Shown here in pieces: positions 47,539 to 64,000 of a DNA stretch of 64,000 bases (its first letter is position 1; each line of letters begins with the position of its first letter). The notes beneath the pieces are model-generated. The model was not told the DNA's origin, searched no databases, and was given only the letters and a program-made list of their open reading frames with translations. This stretch comes from Marsupella aquatica (taxonomy: Eukaryota > Plantae > Marchantiophyta). The stretch covers positions 17,642,457-17,706,456 of the forward strand of contig OZ316897.1 of assembly GCA_973895155.1 (NCBI GenBank). Direction: 5' to 3'. A program made the translations under genes and the position numbers.

Positions 47539-48072
47539 AAATCACTGCAGTGCCTTTTGCGAGTATTCACTGTGGCAACCTGTAAAAATGGGCTGATTGT
47601 ATGGAGATACCCAACGAGCAAATCACTTTAGTATCTTCTGCTAGTATTCACGATGGCTACCCGTCAAAGTGGGCTGATTGTATCGAGATTTCCAGCTAGC
47701 AAATCACTTTAATGTCTTCTGCAAATATTCACCATTGAAACAATCAAGGTGGGGTGATTGCATGAACATGACCAGCAAGCGTATCACTTGACGTCTTCTC
47801 CGAATGCTCACGAAGGCTACCCGTTAAAGTCGGTATTTGGTGATTGAGAAATACAGCAAGCAAGTCGCCTTAATTTCTTCTGCAAGTACTCACCATGGAA
47901 ACCTCTCAAAGTAGGCTTAGTGGATGGAGATGACCATCAAGCAAGTCACTCGAATGCTTTTTGCGAATATTTACTGTTGCCACCCGTCAAATGGGATGAT
48001 TGTATTGAGATCTACACTTTATTGTCTTCTGCGAGTATTCCGGAGACCTGTCACCGTGGGCTGATTATATCG
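47539..48072. repeat. Highly diverged ~81-bp tandem array, ~7 units
   Basis: aa.tcact...tcttctgc.a.tattcac...gggctgattg units start near 47539, 47620, 47701, 47782, 47862, 47943 and ~48013. Confidence 0.8.
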
Positions 48073-48704
48073 TAACTGGCTAACGGGGCTCGTCGACACC
48101 ACGAGTCCATGTGTCAACACTCTTCGATTACAACGGCACTCCAAGGTCAAGTGCTGATTTCATTTTCTCCTTGCAACCATGAAAACGTGATGAATTTTCC
48201 TTTCATAGAAGGTCTCAACGAAGCCAAAATACACACAGCGAATCGTGCTTGCCATGGACAGGTCTCGATGTAGCCATAGTGAACTTGGTTCCTCTGGGAG
48301 AGAGCTAAGCGGCATCCAATTCCAACTATTTGAATCGTGCCTTCCTACACTCTCCATTTCCAAATATTTGAATCGTTGCCTTCCTACTCTCGTGCTATCT
48401 AGTCCTTTCCTAACCAAAACTCTCCTTGAAGACAATGTCTAAAGAATGTATACTGCCTAAAGTCAAATCTCCATGATTGGAACATGGGACAACACTTTCA
48501 GAATTGCCACAGTTTAGATCCAACCCATCATGGATGTGAATTGGCAAAGAACCAATGAGTTCTTCTGAGTTTAATAACATGGGCTCCATTTTGCCGTTTG
48601 TGTACCTGTCCTGTTCGTAGCAATGTCGTTTCTTGCCGATTCAACACACGCTACTATTGAAAATTCTGCACAAACAGAACCAATAATGAAGGATGCTCCT
48701 TCCT

Positions 48705-54861
<6,157 letters not shown>

Positions 54862-57800
54862 GCTTGCTCGAGCGACTCCCCGCACTTCGAATGGAAATCC
54901 AAGGGAAGAGAAGATCAATCTCTCTCAACTCTCGCTATCACACAGCCCCTGGCCAATGCAGCAGCGCTTATCTAGTTTCCATATCGTCCACGCACCCTGT
55001 TCTCCTCGTCCTCGCCCTCGTCCGCAGCCAACGTGGAATGGGAACTCGGATCAAAGCCTACCACTACTCCTAATCCGCAATTGCTATCGACGAATGGAAC
55101 TCGGATCGGAGGTCATCAAAATCTCAAAAGCACTGCAACTAACGTATCGAAGGAATGGAACGCGGAACAGAATCAAGTACAGTCGCAATCGCTACAGTCC
55201 TCGTCGTCCACCAGACTTCAGCAATCATTCAACGACCTCAGAAGTCAGAGCTCCGCCCTTCAGACGATGGTCAATCAATCTCGACGCAAATGACCGCCGC
55301 CGTCCGACTTCCGCTATGCTCCTGAGAGGCTGAGAGGCTGAGAGGCGCGAGTCTTGACGCTGAGAATGGTCAAGCAGAGTGAGTCGTCGACCGTCCTTCA
55401 GCAACACCATGGACGACAATCTTACGCCGGCATGGACCCGAAGTTCCTCTCTTTCCAGTTTCCACGATCCATTTTCTCTCCGACTCCCTGCGTGGAATGG
55501 CGATGGCGCCTTGATTGATTGCATTCATTCAGTCATTCATTTGCCTTTCTTTCATTCTTTTCCCTCTGCGTCAAAGCCACGAGCAACAACCTCGTGTTCG
55601 GGAATCCCATATGGCACACTTTTTCTTTCTCCGGCCCCGCCCTACCCCGGAAAGACAGCAAAAGACATCACCACAGTAGAGTACAGTAGTGCAGTAGTAC
55701 TCTACTGGTACTAGTACTGTACCTAGAAGCGCGCTGGGGATTCGTTACAAACAGCCGTCGAAACGGGCATGACTGAAAGTGCCATCACCAACTGTGCGTT
55801 CTTGCGGGGATCATGTATTTCTCAAATCCGATCGGAATGAAGCGAAATTCGGCTTGTTGGAAAGCTCGTGAAGTCCTCTTCCCAACGACCTATGGTGTAC
55901 TGTCTACTGTTGGGTAGATTAAGAGAAATCTGACTCGAGACGGGAGCAAGCTGGAGGGAACGCTTTTTCTGAGGACTGACGGTCTCTAGCCGTGACAAGC
56001 GAGCACGGGCAGCCGGCCCCAGTCCGTCGCTTCGAAGTTTGGCACGCCCTACAGTGTAGATGCCACCGCCGGCAGGGGCCCGCCGGGAGGTGCACCGCCT
56101 CGGCAATCAGAGAGCGAGCGACCTGCCGGGAACGCACTCACGGGTCACCAGTAAATGCGGACCGGTGCACCGGCGCCCGACCTCGTCAGCCCGGCGAGCG
56201 ACCGCGGGAGGCAAAGAGTACTCTTAAATCACCACAGGCTATATAGAAAGAGGAGTGTCTAAAATTTCTCACTTTACTCTAGTCTACCCCTCTTTGTTCC
56301 ACAATTTTGGGAAACAATATTTAAAATGGTTAAATCTGTGTAACTACAGTTTGGCTTTGCTAGTGGCAGTTTAACTTGGTGTGTGCAGTAACATTAGGGA
56401 ATTGATTTCGAATTGATATACAATCAATTTCTGGATTCACTACAAAAGGGTGTCCCAAAACTTCCAAATGAGGGATGATGGGATTGGGCCATCAAGGAAT
56501 GGCCGCAACTTTTGCATGTGGTTCTAGAAAAAGGTTTTGTTTTTTTCAAGTAGCCATTAGAGTGACTGCAAATAATGACATACTACCAATTCTTATGGCA
56601 AAAAATTCTTGACTGGGAATATTTGTAGTCTGTAACTTTGTGTGTCCGTAACCCTGCAACTAGGGAGTTAAGGTCCATGAAATTTTGAGACGCCCTAATG
56701 TGGAAAATTACCCGTCACCACCAATCCAGCCACAAGGATGGCATAGGTTGCATAAGGACTCATGATTTTCCTTCTTTTTTCCATTTTGGGTGAAAAGAAA
56801 AGTCCCATAGACAGAAAAGGTTGGTTTTGGAGACTCGAATGGACACAGTCAACCTTAGTGTAGCAGTATTGGAGCAAAGTACTTGAATAAAACTATACAT
56901 GATGTTATGGGAATATGATTTAATGTAGTTAGACCTGCATGTGTAAAAGGGAGTCCTTTACACGGTCATAGTAAAACATCCTCACCTAATCATACTGTAA
57001 CGGTTATTTGTAACGTATTATGTAGACTGTTTAAACACCCATGAGTGCCATTCATTCAGCATGGCGCTTTTCCACATTCAGCCCTCGTAGTTTGTAGCGG
57101 CAATTTAGGACATTTTGGTCCTTCTTCACATTTTGGCTGCTCCTCCCGATGTTTCTTTCTTGCACTCCTTTTTTCAGTCGCTGTGGGTTCTTGCATTTTT
57201 GGCTGCTTGCTTCTTGATTTTTGTGCTCAGTTTTGCTCTAGATCTTTCCACTGGCAGTTTGGAGCAAGCCCTCTTAAAATAGATCAAAAATTGTATCATC
57301 ATTAAACTCTCAATTCTGAACAGGTCACATGGATTCTCAGGAGAGGCAAAAACTATAAATTGTGTATAATTTTTCTAATGTATTTTCTCATCATTTGCAA
57401 TCTTTTATACATCTGAGGGCCACAATGCTAGGTTGAGACTTTCTCCAATTCATGCATATGTTTTTTTGCCTTCAACAAAACATTGTATACTGGGTTTTAG
57501 TGTTGTGATGTTTCATTCAAATTTCTGCCCTATCAACCTCCTATGGTAGGATGGAGGCTTCCCATGGTGGTAATGTGTGATGGAGGATTAGGGTTTGATT
57601 TCACATTTTGGTTTTGTTTACAGTCATGTGCCCTAAACACTAAATCCTTAGTTTACACTTTTGTTAAATTCCTGGTGTTCTGAGACTTCAGATCTATTAA
57701 ATTTTGCTTTGTGGGTTTGTAGGTGTACTCTAGATACAAACAGCACTCCTCAAAGAGTATTGGTAATGGGACAATTGTCAGGCAACCAGGAATTTGTTTG

Positions 57801-58510
57801 ATGGGGCCCCAAAATGAATTGTATTACTTGATAGGACCCCTGAAATTTTGGGTATATTTCAAGGTCAACCAAGATCTGGATCACTCAGGGATCCCTGAGG
57901 AGTCCTATCAAGTATCACGTTTCATTTTGGGGTCCCATCAAGCAAATCACTCATCAAGCAACCATTGGTGGGAAATTTTTAGGCAACCATTGGTGTGAAT
58001 TTTTTGCCGTAATGACACAATGTACGTAAGACATGTTGTCATTGCACTCATGAACTATGTACATTGTTGGATCAAAGCACTACTTTTCACGAATACTCAT
58101 GAACTGTTTTCTTTGCAGTAAAAGTCCCAGATGTACATAAATGCCATGCTTAAAAGGGAGCTTGGTGGGAGCTTACAGGGAAATTTTGGGCACCTAAAAG
58201 GCAATGCTCATTCTCGGCTTTGCGGGTCTCCTTTAGACCATGATTGATTGGAAAGTGTTTTTCACAAAGGAGGACACGTTCACCATAGGCTTCCAGAGAT
58301 GCTCGCAGATTAAAGGGACGGACACAACATTCAATCCTTTAAGGCTAAAGATCATTATTCAAATATAAAATGACTGAGGTGAAGTCATTATTCAAATTCT
58401 TGCTTGATTTGCTGCATGTGTGGCTTTTGAGCTTGAAAAGCTTAGTTTCCTCCTTTATATTGTTTGAAACTCCCCGGAAAGCTACCACGATGGCATTAAT
58501 GTATTTCTGG

Positions 58511-58623
58511 GACTTTTACTCCCAGCTATGGATATGCTTTGAGACGATTGTGAAGACCTGAAGACTAGAAGACAACTTTTACTCCCAGCTATGGATATTC
58601 TTTGAGATGATTGTGAAGACCTG
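58511..58623. repeat. ~50-bp direct duplication with short spacer
   Basis: acttttactcccagctatggatat.ctttgaga.gattgtgaagacctg x2. Confidence 0.85.
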
Positions 58624-59947
58624 GTAACTATTGTGAAGACTATAAGACATATCCATATAACAGCTCAGTTTGATCATAATCTTGGGAAAGCTTCATCTGG
58701 CTTGGATGATTGCTTGAAAACAATTGATGACAGATAGGAACCAATCCCAAAGACTGCATGATGCACTAGTAAAGAAGGGCGGAACAGTGCCACATAAATG
58801 GGACTGTGACACAGCAAATAAAGGTGAAGATAGTTTTGGTCTTTTGGCTTTTCAAATACAAATAAATAAGTTTAGAGGGATGAAAAGAGGGGTGTGGGGA
58901 CTCATTTGGGAGGTGAGCGGACGGCTTGAGAAATAACTCTAAAAGCTGTCAAAACTGGCCAAAGGGGAAAAGGGGAAAAGGTAGGAGAAGAAATGACAAG
59001 AGATCTCCCAAAGAAAATCTGGAATGGGCCCATTTGCATTATTGGAGTAACCCTTTTACATAGTATTTCCCCCAATTTTGTCCCATTTTCCTATAATACA
59101 AGATAATCTCCTGGCTACTTATTGTAAAGATGTAAAGATTTGGGCACCGATGAGATGGAAACAGTCCCGGAACGCATATGCTGGTATGCACTGGGGTTGT
59201 ATGACATATCTGACTTGGCAGAACACATTCCACATGGGTTCAGATCTTGTTCCAAAATTATGGCTCTTACAAAGACCAAATAGGGAATCTGGCCCTGGTT
59301 TTGGCCCCTCTACATTAAGGATAACTTTACTGTGTCACTAAACCTTTGTTGGAGGGCATCAAGGCATTTTCTTGCAGATATATGAAACCACTGTCATAAT
59401 TAACCATAAAAGTCACCAGTTCAGTCTTTGAATAAACCCAGAGACTGCATCAAAACTCACCAGTTCAGAATTGAACTAGTGAAAGCTACTTCCTGGGCAA
59501 ACTGTTTATAGCGACAACTCAGACCATAACTCTAAGTAAGGGCATAATTGAAAGTGAGGGTATGTGCAAACAAGATGAACAAGAAATAGAGGAAATGTTT
59601 TTTAATTTCTGCAATTTTTTTGGGTCTTCTCTCCTCAAATTTATTAACATTCAAGGAACGGGTAATCAGGTTAGTGTTTGTAGCAGAGCAAGCGGGATCT
59701 CTGAGCAAGGTTGCATGCAGGAGGGGGAAGGGGGTATGAACAGGGTCAGGCAGGTGGGGCTGAGTGGAATAGGGATGAGTGTCCACATGTATGCAAGGGA
59801 TGGTCCAGACCTGCAACTGGTGCATTTAGTTGAATTGCCCCATAGTGTAGCAGTAAGTAACACAAGTAACACCCAGGCATAGGTTGGGAGAGGAGGTTCT
59901 AGTACTTCCGGGGGCATGCCCATGATGGAACCTTTCTCTTATGGAAA

Positions 59948-59983
59948 GAGGGAGGGAGGGGTTTACGGACCCCTCCCTCCCTC
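59948..59983. repeat. Perfect 15-bp-stem hairpin
   Basis: gagggagggaggggt-ttacgg-acccctccctccctc. Confidence 0.9.
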
Positions 59984-62900
59984 ACGCATTAAATGTTGTC
60001 CGTCCACTAAAACCATGTGGCAATATTTTTCTTTACAAAACTAGAGAGACACTTAGAGCTTGCAAATGTCAGTCCTATTCCAATCCTACCTGGGATTGAG
60101 TGGAACCCAACTTTAAGCTTTTATTACAAGCCAGGTAAGAACTTCTAGAGACTCCAAATGGGCCACACAAAAAACTCCTAGAGAAAAGGTGGGCCAACTC
60201 TTAGAGAAAAGTCCAAAGTTTTGCTCACTTGGCCATGTGAGATGTCCCATCCAAATGGCCCACAAAAAAAACATTTTGGTCCAGTCAACTTCTTGTGATA
60301 TCCAAATTGGACGCTGGGTTAGGTTCAAAGACTTTGGCTCAAACTGCTGCTGTGGCTATGTGAAGTAGGCTTTACTAGAGTGCCTTTGGAAATGGGTGAT
60401 CACCAGAATACCCTGGCTCGAATCAAACTAAACAAATATCTGACCCCTGTTTAGATATACACGAGAGCTTAGGGTTGAACCAACTCCTCATTCCAGGAGA
60501 TAGAACTGGAATCCTAATCAGATCCTAAATATAGACCTTGTCCTTGACATAAAATTGGGCATCTGTTTATGAATAGCTTTCAAATGTGTCAATGAAACAG
60601 CATTCCATGTGGGTAAAACCCACTGGAGTTAGAATGATTGGATTCTTATAACTTTGATTCTTCCTTGAGCACTTTATCAGCCAAATGTTTTTTAAATTGG
60701 ATATATAAGTGTATCATCTCCATTGATTAGAGCTAAATTTAAAAAGAAAAACAAATGGTTCGCCATTTTTCTTTATTCTAAGGCTTGAGCAGTAAGTATG
60801 ACTACTGTAGTTTACATCTGAAATGATTATCTCCATTTTTTTTTAATAGATAGATCATTTTGGTTTCCCAAAAGTGGTAATCTGCAAGTACTCACAGCCA
60901 CCTTCACAACAGCGAAACATCTGTTGGCAGCCGTGTATAATACAGACCATTTTTGTACTCATCAACAATGGAGAAGAGTCTCACAAATCTCCAAGTTTTT
61001 CTAGATAATAGATTGGACATCAAAGAACATGGTGGAAAAAGGAGCCTAACATAACAAAGATCTATAGGTTGTTCAAATAAAGGCACAAGTTTGCCAAAAA
61101 CCAAAATTTTGGCAAACATTTTTACAGGTGGTCAAAGTGCCTGGAAAAACTACTCAAAATGTACTTGAAAAAATTGAAACATCCTTCCAAAAGCAGCTGT
61201 CATGTGAATTTAGGGTGTAAAAAGAGGCAACTTGTTTAAACAAATTCACGAGGATCTATGGGCAAAAGAAATCCATGGGTCCAAGTGGCTTGCTATTGTC
61301 ACAAAATGGTTTTGAAAACTCTATTTTTACAATATTTATTTGGATTTAAAAACTCCTAAATAATACTTTATTCAAAAATTTAGTGAGGCAACCTAGTGAG
61401 GCCTCTGTCAATGAAAAGGTGTCTTAGCATATGTGACACAAGGCAGAGTTAGGCATGGCAAATCTTAAACCACATCTGCCACTATAAAAGCCTCATTCCA
61501 TGTCTCACTACTCACCATAAAAGGTGGAAACCTAGCACCTTTGGTGGAGTACTTGCCAAAAAAATGTTTTGCAGTCAGCACCTTTTGTGGAGCTCAAAAT
61601 CCATTTTTGAACTTGTACTCTTTAGAATGAGAGTTACAGGTTACCCGTAGCCCTTTATAGGGGCAGGTGTGGTTTAAACAACCTGACTGGGCTAGCTTGT
61701 GGTGGTAGGGAAGTCAAATGGCATGTGCCTTCAAAACATTTGGGGTTTAGAGTAGCTCAGGTGCAAACTGTAGCTGTAGCTCAGGTACAAACTGGCAGAA
61801 AAAGGGCCGCTTTGCAAAAATGTATCCTTCAGTGTGAGGGCCCAATGAATAGGGAGTGTCAAAGCAGGGCTATAACGGAGTAGAGGCCAACTGAAAGGAC
61901 ATGACATAAACTGTAAGGGGCTACCTAAATACATGCCCCATGAGGATGGTAAGTCCAAAAAGTTTTAGCTATAAGACCTTGCTTTGACAGTACACTGCTG
62001 TGACAAGCCCTAATAGCCACCTGACTGACTGTAGAGACCAAAGATTTTGAAAATCTACACCAATTAGTGTTATTTTTGCTTCTGAACGAAGTTCACATAA
62101 ATTAAATTAGTGTGACTAACACTAATTAACGTGACAGCGTATTAAAGAGACAAAAATTTAAAATGATTGGCATCATGGGAACTCTCACACTCTCTGAGAA
62201 TCGGACAATCGGGACACATTGGGATACCCGTAATGTGGAGACTCTCCTGCCGCTTCGCCGTGCCAACATGAACATATTTTATTCGTGTAGTTTGAGCAGT
62301 CCACTGGAGAGGAGTGAGATCGATTGTCCTACAGTGGTCTCGAGGTTCTTGCTTGGAAGGGAGATTTTAATGGCAAATACCTTTTGCCAGTACAGTCCTG
62401 GAGTACTTATCCACCACTGCTGGACCATATGGCGACAGCCTGCATGATCGACCTACAAGAAGCGCATTGGCAGGCTCCTTTGCAATAGAGCACAATGAGC
62501 TAATTAATCTACTTCGAGATGTCCGTCAGTGTATCCCCGAACACTCCAATTCTTTTGGAAGTTATAGGGCTGTAGCAATGCTGTTCGAATATAAATTATA
62601 AAAATGTGGCTTCTCCCACATTTGACGGCTTGGACTGCACGTCTAACTTTGAACCGTTCCAGCACTTCAATATCCCTGATACTTGAGTGTGAAGATTGTT
62701 CTTCTGGCCATAGATGACCTTCTTTACCGGGCATTACAGTCGTTTAACGTGCGGATAGGAGTGACAGTCGTTGGTTTCTCATTGTCCCGGCTCATTGTCA
62801 GCTCCAGAGTGATGCTAATTAAAATGCTCACTCGTTCAATTCATCTGGTAGGCTTGCTAGCTAGGTAGCCTGGTGATCGGACGAAGAAGCTATTCCGCGT

Positions 62901-64000
62901 AACGCAATTGAGCTCACAGTGCTCGGACAATCGATGCTGCAGTGCCGGTACGTACCAAGCTTTTAGATTTTTCAATATCTAAATCTTTCCCATTGCTAAG
63001 CAATTGATTGCCTGGTTGGTTTTTATAGTATGTAATTGAGGTCCATGTGAGCGACTGAGCTATTTATAAGAACTGTATATAGCTGAGGCTCTCGGCAGAT
63101 CATGCCCAACGAATCAAATTCAAGACGAGCTACCTATGCACGAAGGTTTTGACAAGTAAAATATGTTAGGCCTCCACGTACTGGTGATAAGTAAACTTTT
63201 GGCTGGAAGGTGGACATCGTTAGACTTGGAGATAATCGTCACGAGCTGTAAGCCAGGATGATGTGTATTGGGTGAGATAATTGATGTAGTCTTTGCCTAC
63301 CTTACAATTGGATGTCGATCTTGGTTTGATCTCAATTTTGATATGAATGTACTCAATCGAGTTTTGGGTCAGTTAGTACTATCAAAAACGAACTGTAACA
63401 AATCCTCTTGAACTGCGTTAGCAGCAGCAGTTCTCAGCGTCTTCCCGTACAGAAAGAGTCCAACTGAGAGTTCCTTCTCACGCGCTCGGACGATATATCC
63501 CGAGAAAGATCCAAAGAACGGTGTGATGCCTGAATTGAAGAATAGTCTAAGTTATTTCGAAGACAAAATTCGGTGAGCCGACGTTGTTTCCAAACCAGGC
63601 TTTGATGAGGGCATTGATGCGATATCCACATATCCATGCCTGACGGAATGGTGACTGGAACGCGTCAATCGACTCCACACAACTGGCGATTCGCATACTG
63701 AGGTCAGCTATCTGGGCATCAGCTGAGATACAAACCTCCAACAAGTTATCATTGATTCTTTAATCGTTGTTGATCCGCAGTCCAATCTGTGGAGCATTAT
63801 CTGTAACTGTCTCTTTTTCCCAAATCGGACGTGCCGTCTAGTGACTTTGTCTCATTTGTGAGAGCTTTGTACATCTCATCTTGCCTCACTTCCAAGCTAC
63901 AACCTCCACGTGTCTGGTTCTTGTTCTACAACCTCCAGCACTAGATAGCGATGCTTTTAATTTCTGGCTTTTGTGTGAGCTCATCGTGGTTTTGATACTT

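Noticed and set aside
56438-56447. CACTACAAAA, a CACTA-type TIR start
   Set aside because: No inverse TTTTGTAGTG end or CACTA coding sequence seen downstream in the window.
62163-64000. Several 60-95 aa ORFs at the right edge
   Set aside because: No recognisable motifs and frequent stops in all frames.

Overview
Eukaryotic, intron-containing land-plant genomic DNA; a bryophyte is my guess and is not established from the window. Four conventional genes can be modelled: WRAP73/WDR8 (6 exons, minus), a tonoplast sugar transporter TMT/TST (5 exons, plus), an intronless DAO-family FAD oxidoreductase (plus) and a Cas1p/RWA O-acetylation gene (15 or more exons, minus). A frameshifted tandem copy of the WRAP73 3' half lies at the left edge. 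Two features stand out. (1) A large PIF/Harbinger DNA transposon (~12.7-28.6 kb, ends uncertain) has the usual DDE transposase and a Myb/trihelix gene, the latter with a DLNxxP EAR-type motif. It also carries a hidden third coiled-coil ORF that appears only after a solo LTR is removed, and possibly a fourth ORF. It was hit twice by related Ty1/copia elements. (2) Two unassignable intronless Ser-rich paralogous genes lie 35 kb apart. They share upstream sequence, scaffold, a PKRRK motif and 3' flank, but each expanded a different internal module: 12 x 25-aa basic RTRSSS-YCP repeats in one, 11 or more x 16-aa acidic SYTTSESNDTDSYDSE repeats in the other. All calls come from reading the sequence by eye; no database searches were run.
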